A stretch of DNA of 64,000 nt from contig CBDFLE010000005.1 in the NCBI GenBank assembly GCA_965248925.1, positions 1,536,001 through 1,600,000 of the forward strand. The letters run 5' to 3'. This DNA is from Candidatus Multivoradales bacterium. GTDB taxonomy: Bacteria > Acidobacteriota > Thermoanaerobaculia > Multivoradales > J023. A program made the translations under genes and the position numbers. Positions 12,001 through 21,800 of this stretch are shown one piece after another. Under the pieces are notes generated by a model. The model was given only the letters and a program-made list of their open reading frames with translations. It had not been told where the DNA came from and searched no databases. Position 1 is the stretch's first letter; each line of letters opens with the position of its first letter.

Positions 12001-12861
12001 CGGAGCGGTGTAACCCACCCGCTCTATCCCGTCGTTGTTGACCGCCGAACCCTTGATCACGGCGTAGATCGAGTCGCTGTCGGCCAGCGCATCTTCCAAC
12101 CGTTTGAGCATCACGATGCCCAAACCCTGGCCCATGACGCTGCCGTTGGCTTGGGCGTCGAAGGCTCGGCAATGGCCGTCCGGAGAGAGGATGCCTCCCT
12201 CTTGGAAGACATAGCCATGACCTTGGGGAAAGCTGATCGCCACTCCACCGGCCAAGGCCCCGTCGCATTCGCCGATAACCAGGCTCTGACAAGCCAGGTG
12301 CACGGCCACCAAAGAGGTCGAGCAGAAGGTCTGAATCGACAAGCTCGGCCCCTTGAGATCGAGCTTGTAGGACACCGTCGAGGCCAACGAGTCGCGCTCG
12401 TTGCCCACCGCCAGCTGTAAGCCGCCGATCAACTCCATCAACTCGGGATGGGTCGCCAGGTTGTTCTGCACGTAACTTTGAAATCCCGAACCGGCAAAGA
12501 CGCCAATCAATCCAGGGAAAGTCTCGGGACAGAGGGCGGCGTCCTCAAGCGCCTCCACCGCACTTTGCAGGAACAGCCGGTGCTGCGGATCCATTACCTC
12601 CGCTTCGCGCGGGGTGTAGCCAAAGAAGGAAGCATCGAAAAGGTCCGCCTGCTCGACCAAGGTCCCAGCCGCCACGTATTGCGGCTGCCGCATCAACTCC
12701 GGATCCACCCCAGCAGCCAACAGCTCGCGCTCGGAGAAATGGCGAATAGACTCCACCCCGGCGCGGATGTTGCGCCACAGCTCGGCTGGGCTGTCCGCGC
12801 CCGGGAATCGCCCCGACATACCGACAATGGCGACTTCCGAACCGTGGTAATCCTCTGACAT
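1..12861 (-). CDS. Modular type I PKS (3' end beyond left edge, >=4287 aa): KS5-AT5-KR5-ACP5 / KS6-AT6-MT(FkbM)-KR6-ACP6 / KS7-AT7...
   Basis: Not in the ORF track (no stop inside the window). Translated by hand from ATG at 12861: MSEDYHGSEVAIVGMSGRFPGA. KS sites QTFCSTS at ~12310-12335, ~7700-7720, ~1833-1855. AT sites GHSLG (~10920), GYSLG (~6300), GYSLG (~435). KR motifs GGLGLVAYAAAN (~8850-8880) and GGGPGQVDYAAAN (~3030-3070). Carriers DNYFDLGGTSL (~8405-8435) and DNFFDLGGTSL (~2560-2595). FkbM motifs VFDVGANIG (~5080-5105) and DLLKIDVQKAE (~4650-4680). Motifs were spot-checked, not every codon. Confidence 0.93.
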   Translation of the reverse strand, partial: MSEDYHGSEVAIVGMSGRFPGADSPAELWRNIRAGVESIRHFSERELLAAGVDPELMRQPQYVAAGTLVEQADLFDASFFGYTPREAEVMDPQHRLFLQSAVEALEDAALCPETFPGLIGVFAGSGFQSYVQNNLATHPELMELIGGLQLAVGNERDSLASTVSYKLDLKGPSLSIQTFCSTSLVAVHLACQSLVIGECDGALAGGVAISFPQGHGYVFQEGGILSPDGHCRAFDAQANGSVMGQGLGIVMLKRLEDALADSDSIYAVIKGSAVNNDGIERVGYTAPGLRGQSAVIAEALANAEVDPATISYIEAHGTGTQLGDSIEIAALMRAFGEVQGRQKCALSSIKTSIGHMDRASGVTGLICAAQALNHREIPPSLHFENPNPDADWDASPFYVNTTTKPWTTAGAPRRAGVNSFGLGGTNAHVVLEEAPPRTPATPSPRPWQLVALSSKTDTALTAAGQRLRDHLSAHPEFDLADVAHTLHLGRSAFNHRRIAVCQDLGDAVACLGGAEPSRLLTAYQEHRDREVVFLFPGVGDQFPGMTAGLYASEPVFQRQVDKCAELLLPLLGQDLRPVLFPSAGAEAPARPDFRQLARGGDGPAEPAVETFGNMALTHSAIIVVEIALARLLESWGLVPTALIGHSLGEYAAACIAGVLELRDALALTVRRAQLIEEQPPGAMLALPLPTAEIEALLGDELSLAVINGPAMGVVSGPESAINALESLLNNRQVACRRLQTSRAVHSSMMKPVAKELEALLGTFELKPPRVPYVANATGTWITDDEATDPAYWGRHLCQTVRFAQGLDEILQRDNAVLLEVGPGQSLGSFVRQHPDREASGERVVLATVSHGLLRQLDDSAFLLTTVGKLWLAGVEVDWVKFYGGERRRRLALPTYAFDNVSYWVPPAATAAVTPSTGAGKKSQIADWFYLPAWQAASVPRFSAPARGERWLIFCDRLGIGGRVAGALQESGREVVLVEAADDFSSGQDGAAWTLQPGRRDHYKRLCRGLKERDQLPSRLLHLWTVTGDNPVEPQALQELGYFSLIHLAQTFGGHYLTTSLDMMVISDRLHRVFDSDRLLPAKATLLGPTQIIPQEFPTLRCRSIDVVAAELAADGPRLQEFCAEVTAAGAVGQGRVAWRGGQRFRLEFTPLQVPAAAAGEVNLRHHGVYLITGGLGGVARVLADHLASTYQARLVLVGRSVLPPVGDWDEYLSEHGADNALSEKIRLVRRLEECGAKVLVLAADVADKQGMEEVLARLLDEFGELHGVIHAAGISDPAAFGVIQDITRQQAEWHFRPKIDGLRVLDEILAGRELDFCLLMSSLSTVLGGLGLVAYAAANAFMDSFCLSRQRGGGLSPWLAVAWDTWQLSPSQHQVIGKTIAEFEMSPSEGVAAFERLVSALPGPQVVNSTGDLQARLELWVERRGGADPTAANRPTAVYSRPNLQSAYMPPSDHLEAKIVEVWQRSLGIDKIGIDDNYFDLGGTSLTAIQVVSELQKELEVQLSPVFLFEAPTITELAKRLAAQTGPSKPLQEATPRPRTPPGGGSGAIAIIGLSCRFPGARDAEEFWRNLRDGVESVSYFTEEELAEAGVDPADYGREDYVAARPILEDSDLFDAEFFGFSPREATYTDPQHRLFLECSWQALENAGYDSLRCDGRVAVFGGSNISTYLMGHLQDPEILRWMVGLEASIANDRDSLATRVSYKLNLTGPSFTVQTFCSTSAVAIHLAVRTLLDGEADMALAGGVSLHVPQKTGYSFTQGEYVSDDGHTRCFDARGTGTVFGEGVGLLVLKRLEDAVADGDNIRAVIKGSAINNDGSLKIGYTAPSVDAQTAVVQRALDQAAVSADSLQLVEAHGTATPLGDPIEVIALSRAFRQHTSDQSFCALGSVKANVGHLDRAAGVASLIKVVLALEHQCLPPTLHFEQANPKLGLDGSPFYISTELQLWPAPAKGRRRAGVSSLGVGGTNVHMILEEAPPAAENPSREWQLLVLSARTAAALEQATSNLGQYLESRPTVELGDLAYTLQAGRRLFEHRRALVALDLKDAVAGLADGSRLETHAEVRRDRQVSFLLPGVGDHYPDMGLGLYRQEPAFRRTVDRCCELLRDELGSDLRDQLFSDVAEDSEPEGERSTKLDMRNMLRVRGADLGDGQQQSTVFAHLMVFVIDYAMAHLLFDWGVRPQALLGYSLGEYVAACLAGVITLEDALTLVCRRARLIDELPPGAMVAVPLPAAELEPLLGDDLVIAVVNGPSLQVVSGPLEAVVVLEVELQQRGVVYRRLAGSIAAHSPMMAAIATPLRELIESFELAAPQIPYVSNVTGTWIRPEEAVDPSYWIRHLCETVRFSDGLGQLLSSDSTLVEVGPGQSLISFAKQHPECDAARGARTASTLRALYNRQPDRAFLLASMGRLWMTGVAVDWAATHRLQRGRIPLPGYPFERQSYWLQTSAKAAPQSSVIERHLADLHKEAYDDWFYAPVWHREEAEDSAADSAEVVVGSGEREQQVTALLLAQSGVREVHTEPRGAGESLVAYVVPTELPAAVVEGERVQTWPNGMEVVCQGQTEAEHFYEDIFEKEIYRRNGIELRDGACVFDVGANIGSFTLFAHQACKDPLIYAFEPAPPLFDKLRLNIALNQVNARLFNFGIADRAAMAEFTFYPKSSGMSSFHADKEEEKEILKLMMERERDAGIKGVGELLGFADGLLEERFRSETFECRLRVLSDVIDECEVGCIDLLKIDVQKAELEVLAGLREEHWKLIRQIVIEVHDLEGRLEQIERLLQERGFQVVIEQDPLLKGSVLYNLFAIRDLPEPAPSIRHRQRRAFLRAVAKVEDATLVGALENGLREQLSEEQSVPAVVLLKALPRTSAGAVDSLALPSPEPAAGSGEGRPWWVMIDGQGLGLALAEQLREVGEEVVTVAAGDRFIRHAEGSYAINPGRRADYERLLTGHQVPCGVIHLWSVTAASQQPAEVAEVAAGLDLGFHGVILLTQTLADRGGFENVDLVLVSNRQFRVLEGDLVEPVKAALMGPCKVIPQEHENISCRMIDVALADFADPAAPAVPALAALLAAEIRAGEPADQIVAIRSAERWLRRYERQSTAVPTDGCPSWRREGVYLITGGLGGIAMALAEHLFRSVGARLVLLGRSTLPPREEWPLLVAAADTDTDLARKLRGVLALEAAGAEVLALSADVADQRAIGAAVAEALEHFGAIHGVIHTAAVPPQGLVQLKTRQLSAEILAPKVQGVLALEEALSTAPPLDFLLLFSSTSGITGGGPGQVDYAAANAFLDSYALLPSRHRRVAAIAWGEWQWDSWSQGLEGFHQEAQEFFRESRRRFGISFTEGMEAVERILSGDLSSMVVSTLEFQTLLEGSQDFSVNKMFDAIAESRQSQVASHSRPVLGVEYVAADSELEREIGDIWQRVLNLESVGIDDNFFDLGGTSLIGLQVVNEIKSALDVELSPVALYEAPTVRSLARLLNAEEEELESESAAESELRRRRECLRRQVERDDVAIIGMAGRFPGATDVDQFWSNLVQGVESISALSEEELLQAGVSAAELADPNYVRASAVIDDIDQFDAQLFGFSPMEASVLDPQQRLFLECSWEALEHAGYNSGSYAGLIGVFGGTNSSTYLFNNLVRSAQAETNPAMVLQAGISNTNDSLATRVSYKLNLTGPSVTVQTFCSTSAVATHMARRSLLDGECDIALAGGARIAVPHAVGYLFQEGGIESDDGHTRTFDARAKGALSSNGVAILVLKRLGDAVADGDTIYTVIKGSAMNNDGSLKVGYTAPSVEGQVAAVSAALLDAGVAAESIEYIEAHGTATELGDPIEVTALTRAYRRETAERQFCGIGSLKTNVGHMDRASGAASLIKMACAFHHQQLPPMLHFESPNPQIDFDSSPFYVQTEGREWCSNGKPRRAAVNALGLGGTNVHFVLEEAPAVAEAGLSRPWQLLLLSAKTESALAAATANLASYLGKSPQVPLADVAFTLQVGRRRLEHRQILVCRSGEDAREVLTKVSPRRLLTSISRASERPVTFLLPGLGDHYVDMGAGLYQQESAFRAAINQCAELLRPYLRLDIRSLLFSGAAVSDGEPEAAPDLRSLLGRDGADSAAASPIFRTDLAQPAVFVIEYALARQWMEWGIRPQAMIGYSLGEYVAACLAGVMSLDDALCLVALRARMIQELPAGGMLAVPLAEDECQAGLSGELSLAAVNGAALCVVAGPEEALQEFEQQLAGRGLESHRLQTSHAFHSSMMEPIARDLEELVASMVLKAPRIPFVSNVTGTWIEAEEATDPAYW

Positions 12862-12883
12862 GCCTCGATCTCCGTGGTTTCGT

Positions 12884-15800
12884 CTAGGCTTGAGGGCCGC
12901 GCTGGGTCCGCCCTCGGCGCCTTTGTTGTTGTGCTCTTTGGCGACGCGACGCTCCGCGCTCACGTCGCTGATCGAGATGCTCAGACTGATCTCCCGACTG
13001 TTCGACAAACTCCGTCATGGCCCGCACGGTCGAGGACTCGTAGAGCGCATACATCGGAATTTCCACTCTGAGCGCATCTTTCATGATGCGGGTCAAATCG
13101 ACTCCGAGCAGCGAGTTGCCGCCGAGTTCGAAGAAACTGTCGTGTACGCCGATTTCTTCGAGGCGTAGCAATTGGCGCCAAATGCCCGCGATCTGCTGCT
13201 CTAACTTGCTCGCTGGCGCCACGAACGAGACCCCTAGCAGCGGCCGCGGATGGAAAGGCCGCTCCCCTTGGTCAGCCCGCACCGCCTCGAGGATGGTGGC
13301 GACATTGAAATGCCGGCTGAGTCGCAACATGACGCGGAAGTCGACGGTCGACACCACCACCCGCGGCACCGGCACCGACAAGGTTCGTTCGATAGCCGTC
13401 ATGCCTTCCTCGAAAGAGACCCCGAACTTGCGCCGGTTTTTCTTGAAGAAGGCCTGGATCAAGGGGTCGAAACCCATCAGTCCTTCCTGCCACGCATCCC
13501 ACTGCCACTCCCCCCAGTCGAGAGCCAGCACCCGCTGGCCGGCCTGGGATCGAGCGACGGCGAAAGCATCAAGAAAGGCATTGGCGGCGCTGTAGTCGAC
13601 CTGGCCCGGACCGCCACCGGTGGCGGAGTTCATCGAGGAGAAAAGCAACATGAAGTCCAGTGGCAGCTGGGCTGTGACCTGTGCCAACACCAGAGTACCC
13701 TGGACTTTAGGGGTCAATACCGCGGCGGCGGCCTCGCGTGTGCTCAGCTGCATCAGCCCAGCGGCTGGCACACCGGCGGTGTGGAATACCCCGTTCAGGG
13801 TGCCGAAAGCCTCTAGGGTCTGGTCGACTGCACGCTGCATCTGCCGCCGGTCGGCGACATCGGCGGTGAGCACCAACACTTCGGCGCCCGCCTCTTCGAG
13901 GGCCATCACCTGGTGGATCTTGTCGGCCACGGAGCCCTCTACTTCTAGTTGCTCGGCCCAAGTCTCGCGGGTGGGTAGTCCGGAGCGGCTGAGCAATGCA
14001 AGGCGGGCACCGCGGGTGGCGAAGAGATGTCTGGCCACCGCCAGGCCGATACCACCGAGCCCGCCGGTGATCAAGTAAACCCCTTCTCGGCGCAGCGGCG
14101 TTTGGCCAACCCCTGCCGGCAGCTCCAGGGGCTCGAATTCTTGCACCCAACGGCGGCCGCCGCGCAGCGCGATCATCGTCTCACCCGCAGAGCCAGCCAA
14201 CTCGGCGAAGAGCTGCTCGAGCAACTCCCCCTCTTGCGGGCTGTCCGCAGGCGGCAGGACGACATCAATGCTGTGACAGGTGGTCTGCGGGTACTCCTGC
14301 GGGATCACCCGGCAGGGCCCGATCAGTGGCGACACCTCGACTCGCAGATTCTCCTCGCCAGTCACTGATTGCAGGCCATCAGAGACCACGGCCAGACGCA
14401 GCGCACGGTCAGCACAGATATCGCCCATCGCCTGGGCCAGGCTGATCAGAGGGTAGAAACCACGATCGAGAGCCGCCTCGATCTCGTCCGCCTGAGCGCC
14501 CGCCTCATCGCTCAAGCTCCACAGGTGAATCACCCTATCCGGCAGCCGTTGATCACTCTTCATCTCGGCGAGTAGCTGGCGGATTTGATCTTGCTGACAC
14601 GGATCGAGGGCATAGGTTCCGCGCCCCAGACGAGTGAACGACTCAGCGAGGGTCACCTGGGTAACCTGGAGACCGCCCTGCACCAAGCGTTCGACCAGCC
14701 GGCTGCCCAGGCCTTTCTCACCCCCCAACACCAAGCAAGAGCCGCCCTCGACCGCCGCGGCGTCGGCGTGCCCCTGGCCACTACTGACGCTGAAAGAGGG
14801 CACGGTCTGATTCCACACCGGAACGAAGAACCACTGCGAAGGCTCCGGGTTCTTGTCGAACTTGTCAAGTGAGACAGCCCCTTCCTCGGCGCTCTCCTCG
14901 GCCCCCGCTAGGGCCGCACCGCCGGCCTGAATCTGACGTAGCGATAGGGGCTCGATCCAGAACCGTTGGCGCTCAAAGGGATAGGTCGGCAGCGGTAGAC
15001 GGTGGCGCTCTTCACCGGCACTAAAACCACTCCAATCGATCCCCACTCCCACCGCCCACAGCCGCCCAACGGTGTCGAGAAGGAAGGCTTGATCTGGCCG
15101 CGTCTCATGTGCTGGACGGAGGGTCGGCGCGATCACCCGCGGATGCCCCCGCCGGCATTCGGGGTGGAGCTTGACGAACGAGCACAGCCCCTGGCCAGGG
15201 CCGACTTCGATCAAAGCTGCCTCGGGTTCTTCGAGCAAGGTCCGCACCCCGTCGGCAAAACGTACGGTCTCGCACATGTGGCGAATCCAATACTCGGGAT
15301 CGGTGGCTTGCGCGGGCTCGATCCAAGTCCCTGTCAAGTTGGAGACGAAGGGAATTTGCGGCGGGGCGAGCTGTGCTTCGCGCAACAATTCACGAACCTC
15401 ATCACCGATCTCCGCCAACAGCGGTGAGTGTATGAGGTGGTTGGCCGCGAGTCGCTGGCAGATCAAGTCGCGACTTTCGAGTTTCTGCTGCAGCGCGTCC
15501 AGCGCTGCTTTCGGCCCCGAGACCAACGACACCGAGGGAGCGTTGACCGCAGCGAGCGAGAGCTCGTCGCTGAGCAGTTCCAGCACCTCTTCCTCAGGCA
15601 AGGGAACCGCCAGAATACCGCCGGCGGGCATCCGCTCCTGCATCAAGCGAGAACGCCTGGCCACCAGTCGCAAAGCCCCTTCCAAACTAAAGACCCCGGC
15701 CAGACAGGCGGCAACATATTCCCCCATGCTGTGTCCGATCAGCGCTTGCGGCAGGATCCCCCAACTCATCAACAGTCGGGCCAAGGCATATTCCACAACA

Positions 15801-18800
15801 AAAGTGGCGGGCTGGGAGAAGCGCAACTCGTTCAGCGGGCCGGCAGCTTCGTCGCGCTCACCACCGCCGCGACCCAACAGGTGGCGCAGACTGGGCGGGC
15901 TCTTGGTGCGTGCCACGGCGTCCGCAGGCATGCCAGAGAACAGCAGCTGCCGCAGGTCGATGCCGTCAAGTTCGTCCTCGAGCAACTCTGCGCAGCGATC
16001 CACTTCTTGCCGAAACACCGCCTCTTGCTGGTAGAGGCCGGCGCTCATATCGAGGTAGTGGTCTCCGGTCGGGAAGAGGAACACTACCCGCGGCGGCATC
16101 TTTCTAGCCCTGCCGCAGGAGACTCCATCGGCATCCGGCGCGGCCAGCTGCGCCACCGCTTCTTCGGCGTCACGGGTCACGGCAAAGCGCCGCTGCTCGA
16201 ACTCACGGCGGCCCATCTGGAGGGTGAAAGCGACATCCGGCAGCGGACTCTTCGCAGTCGAACCCATCGACTCGCGCAACAAGAGCGACGCCAGCGACGA
16301 CGACGCGGTGTCTCGCGCCGCCACCGTGCGGGCCGAAATCGGCAGCAGCTGCCAGGCCCGCGAAACACCACTCGGCTGGCGCTGGGGCGCCTCTTCAAGC
16401 ACCACATGGACATTGGTACCGCCAACCCCGAGGGAGTTGACACCGGCGCGACGTGGCCGGCCATTGCTCTTCCATTCGAGCCGTTTGTTGTTAACAAAGA
16501 ACGGGCTCGCCGCGAGTTCGATCTTGGGATTGGGCTCTTCGAAGTGAAGGGTAGGCGGCAGGACTTCTTCGCGCAGCGCCAAGACCGTCTTGATCAAACC
16601 AGCGACACCGGCCGCCCGGTCGAGATGGCCAAAATTGCTTTTTACCGAGCCGATGGCGCAGAACCCGCATGCCTCGGTGCCGAGACGGAAAGCCTTGGTC
16701 AGGGCCGCCGCTTCCACCGGATCACCGAGGTCGGTCGCCGAGCCGTGGGCCTCGACATAGCCAATGCTCTCGGCCCTAACCCCGGCATGGTCGAGAGCCA
16801 TGGCGATCGCCTCCGCCTGCCCTTCGATACTCGGAGCGGTGTAGCCGATCTTCAACGAGCCATCGTTGTTGATCGCCGAACCCTTGATCACCGCGTGGAT
16901 GGTGTCTCGGTCGGCCAATGCATCAGCCAGCCGCTTCATCACCACCACACCGACGCCGTCGCCAAAGACCGTCCCCTGTGCTTTAGCGTCGAAGGAACGG
17001 GTGTGGCCGTCCGGCGAGTCCTGGCCACCGGGATCGAAGCGATAGCCCACCTTCTGCGGCACGCGGATCGAAACCCCACCGGCCAGGGCGATGTCGCTCT
17101 CGCCGGTGAGTAGACTTTGGGCGCCCAGGTGAGTCGCCACCAAGGAGGTCGAGCAAAAGGTCTGCACCGCCATGCTCGGTCCCCTGAGGTTGAGTTTGTA
17201 GGACACGCGGGTGGTCAGCGAGTCACGATCGTTGGTGATCGCCGTCTCTAACTCGCTGACCGAATCCATAAACTCGGGCGACCCCAACATGCCGAGCAAG
17301 TAGGTGCTGATATTCGAGCCAGCGAAGAGGCTGATCGCCCCAGCGTAGCGCTGGGCGTCGTAACCAGCATGCTCCAGAGCTGTCCAGGCGGTCTCCAAGA
17401 AGACCCGATGTTGAGGATCCATCAACTCGGCTTCGCGAGGGCTGAAACCAAAGAAGGCGCTGTCGAAGAGTTCCACCCCGTCGAGCACCGGCCGCACGCG
17501 GACGTAGTTAGGGTCCTTGAACTCCTCCTCCGGCACCCCGGCAGCCAGCAACTCCTCGTCGCTGAAGATGGAGAGGGTCTCGACCCCTGCCTCGAGATTG
17601 CTCCAGAATTCCTCGACATCCCTGGCGCCGGGAAAACGCCCTGCCATGCCGATGATGGCGATCTCCTGCCGGCCGTCTGTCGACGGCCTCTGGCGGCGAC
17701 GCTCGACCGCCGCCGCTAGCGCCGCGGTGGGCTGCTCGGCAGTCTGCGGCAGCAGTCGCTTGGCGAGCTCGCTGACACTTGGCGCGGCAAAGAGGAGATT
17801 CGGCGAGATCTGGCCACCGAACTCTTCCTGCAACGCCACCGTCACCTGGATAGCGGTCAATGAGGTGCCGCCGAGATCGAAGTAGTTGTCGTGCAGGCCA
17901 ACTTCCTCGACACCCAGGATCCGTTGGAAGATCTCCGCGATACGACGCTCGCCGAAACTTTGCGCCGCCACAAAGGGGGTCTGCAAATTGGGTCGGGCGT
18001 AGAGTGACGGGGACACGGTCTCGACCACCGCCCGGTGCTCGATCCACTGCTCCAGCCGGGTACCGAGATCGCTCGGGGAGTGCACCAGATGCGTCGCCGA
18101 GGAGGCCAGTACTCGACGGAAAGCCTCGATCCCCTGCTCCGCCGTCATCCCTCTGCCTTCTTCGCTCAACATCATTCGGAACTCGCCCAAGTCCGCCTCC
18201 GAACCGTGTTCGCGGAGTTCCCGCAGCTCGTCCCCGTGAACCTCCCAGATATCCCAATTGACGGTGGTCCAACGCCCCGGCGAGCGCCGATTGCGCTGCT
18301 CGGCGAAGGCGTCCATGAAGAGGTTGGCGGAGGCGTAAGCGCCCATGGTCAAGCCGCCGAGAACCGCTGAAGTCGACGAGAACAAGAGACGGAAATCGAG
18401 TTTGCGATCCGCCAGCACTTGCTCCAGCACCCAGAGTCCCTGCACCTTGGGACGAAAATGCGCTACACACTTCTCGCGGCTGATCTCGGCCAGCAAGCCA
18501 AAGGCTTCGGGCCGCACCAGTCCGGCGGCGTGGAGCAAACCATCGATCGTACCGAAGCGCTCCTCCGCCTGCTCGACTACCTGCTGCATGCGCTCCGGGT
18601 CGGCGACATCGGCCGCCAGCACCAACACTTCGGCACCGAGTTCTTCGAGACGCTGGAGTCGGCGGATCTTGTGCGCCAATTCATCGGCTATCCCAGCGTT
18701 GTCGACATACTCAGCCCAACTGTCTCTCGCAGGAAGCTCCGAACGGCCGGTCAAAATCAGCTTGGCGTCGAGTTCACGAGCGAGGTATTCGGCCAAGACG

Positions 18801-21800
18801 AAGCCGATGCCGCCGAGCCCACCGGTGATCAGGTAGACACCCTCTCGGCGCAGCTTGTCGAGGCCCTCGGGCGAGGCCAGCGGCGCCGACTCGAAGTCTT
18901 GCACCCAGCGACCGCTCGCGCGCAAAGCGACCATCCGATCCGGCAGATCCGCGGCCAGCTCGTCTCGCAGCCGCTCGCTGAGTGACTCGGCTTCGGTTAC
19001 TGAGTCCGTCACTTCGAGATCGATGACTCGACAGGCGACCTGGGGATATTCCTGGGGAATGACTTTGCAAGGCCCCAAAAGGGTCGCTTTCTCGGGCCAG
19101 AGCTTCTCCGTTCCGGCAACTGACCACAGACCATTTGCCACCACATCGATCGCCCAGGGCCGGGTCGCAGCGACTTCGCAAAAGGCCCGCACCAAGTGGA
19201 TCAGGCTGTAGAAGCCGCGCTCCTGAGTCTCTTCGAAGGGGCTCGACCGCACCGCCTCGGAGCCGCTTAAGCTCCACAGATCCACCACCCTCGAAGGTAG
19301 TCTGTCCTCGTTATGCAAGGTCTTTAGCAGATCCTGATACTGATCAGCCTGCCCCGGGTCGAGGACGAATTCGCTCGCGCTCTGGCGCTCGAAAGCGGCA
19401 CCCGCGACCACCGTCGTGACCCTGTGGCCCGCGCTCGTCAAGCGCTCGGCCAAGCACCTGCCCACGCTCAGAGCATCGGCCAGCAGCAGCCAGCTGGTCG
19501 CTGCCGCCGGCTCCTCGCCGCTGTTTGAGGGGTCACTCGGCGACAAATCCGTGGGCCGCCAAATCGGTCGGTAGAACCACTCCTCCGGATCTCCCTTGAC
19601 CTCGACCGCAGCCGTCCGCAGCCGCCCCTGCTCGGGGCCAATCCAGAAACGCTGGTCGGCGAACGGGTAGGTCGGCAGCGGCACCCGGCGCCGCTTCTCA
19701 TAGCGGTAGAAGGCCGTCCAGTCGATCCGCACACCGGCTAGCCAGAGCTTGCCCAGAGTGCGCAGCAGAAGATCTTGGTCCGGCTGGCGCAGGAAGGCCG
19801 CCGGCAGGGTAGCGAGCACCGGCTGGGCGGTCTGCGGGCTGTAGGCGGGATGCTGCTTGACCATGGACCCCAGGGACTGGCCGGGCCCCACTTCGACCAA
19901 CACTCGATCGCCGCCGTCGATCAACTTCTGCAAGCAGTCGTGAAAAAGCACCGGCCGGCACAGATGATGTGCCCAATACGCCGGATCCATAGCTTCTTCA
20001 TCAAGGATCCAACGGCCGGTGACATTCGAGACGAAGGGAATGCGCGGTCGCCGCAGCTCGGTCTTTTCGAGCAAGCGGGTGAAGGGCTCGACAATCGGCT
20101 CCATCATGTACGAGTGGAAAGCGTGCGACGTGGCCAGCCGCCGGCAAGCCACTTCCTTCGCCGTCAAGTGCTCCGCCAGCGCCGCGATGGCGGCCTCGGA
20201 CCCGGCCAGCACCGACATTGCCGGCCCATTGACCGCCGCCAACGACAGCTCGGAGCCGAGCAGGGGCTCGACCTCGCGCCGCGACAAAGGCACTGCCAAC
20301 ATCCCCCCCGGCGGTAGCTGATCGATCATTTGCGCCCGCAAGGTCACCAGCTCTAAAGCCGCGTCCAGGCTCAGCACGCCGGACAGGCAGGCCGCGGTGT
20401 ACTCGCCAAGGCTGTAGCCAGCCATCGCTTGCGGCTCACCGACCCATTCGATCAACAACTGTGCGAGGGAGTATTCGACGGCGAAGATCGCCGGATGCAC
20501 GTTGGCGGTGCGATTGAGGAGGCGGCTGGCGTCATCGCTCGGCACGCCGCCCCGGAGCAGGCTGCGCAGATCCGGCTTGGCAGCCTCGCCGCCGCCTTGC
20601 TGCGCCGCCGGAAAAAGGAGTTCGAGCAGCCCGTGGTCAAGCCACGGCACCAGCTTCTCAGCACAGAGATCCAAATGGCGGCGAAAGGTGGGCTCAGAAT
20701 CGTAAAGCCCCTGGGCCATGCCGACGTACTGATCACCCAGCCCCGGAAAAAGGAAAGCTACAGATCTGTTCGTTGACTGGTCGAAATAGCTGAACAGGCG
20801 CTGCGGGTCGCGCTGCGCCAACGCCGAGCCGAGATCCTCGACACTCTTGCCCACCAGCACCCGCCGGTGCGGCAGCAATCGGCGGCCGCGCTGCAGGGTG
20901 TGGGTGAAATCGGCCACCTCGGCCTCGGGATGCTGCTGCAGATGCTCGGCCAGGCGATCGGTCAACTGCTCCAGAGCCGCCTCCGTTTTAGCCGACAACA
21001 CCACCAGCTGGGCAGCCCGAGATGGGCTGGCCGGAGCCGCCGGAGGCGCTTCTTCGAGCACAAAGTGGACATTGGTGCCGCCGATACCGAGGGCGTTGAC
21101 CCCGGCCCGGCGCGGCGCCTCGCCGGCAGGCCAGGGAGTGAGTTCCGTGTTGACACAAAAAGGACTCTCGGCGAGGCGAGTCTCCGGATTGGGGCGCTTG
21201 AAGTGCAGGCTGGCTGGTATCTGGCTGTGGTGAAGGGCCAGCGCGGTTTTGATCAGGCTGGTCGCCCCGGCGGCGCGATCCAGGTGCCCCATGTTGGTCT
21301 TCACTGAACCCAGGGCGCAGGAGAATTCTCTGCCCACGTCGGCGAAGGCTTTGGACAAAGCGGCGACCTCGATCGGATCGCCGAGTTCGGTGCCGGTGCC
21401 GTGGGCTTCGACATAGCTCAGCGTCGCCGGCTCGACGCCGGCCTCCACCATCGCCGCCGCGATGACCTGCGCCTGGGTGTCGACGCTCGGCGCCGTATAG
21501 CCGACCTTCAGCGAACCGTCGTTGTTCATCGCCGTGCCCCTGATGACGGCGTAGATCTGATCGCCATCGGCTTGCGCTTCGTCCAACCGCTTGAGCACCA
21601 GCAACGCCACCGCGTTGCCCACCACCGCCCCCTGCCCCGCCGCATCGAAAGCTCGGGTGTGGCCGTCGGGCGAATCGATGCTGCCTGTCTGCCACTGATA
21701 GCCAACGCGATGGGGCACGGCAATCCGCACGCCGCCCGCCAGCGCGAGGTCACAGTCGCCACGGGCCAGACTGCGACAGGCCAGGTGATTGGCCACCGCC

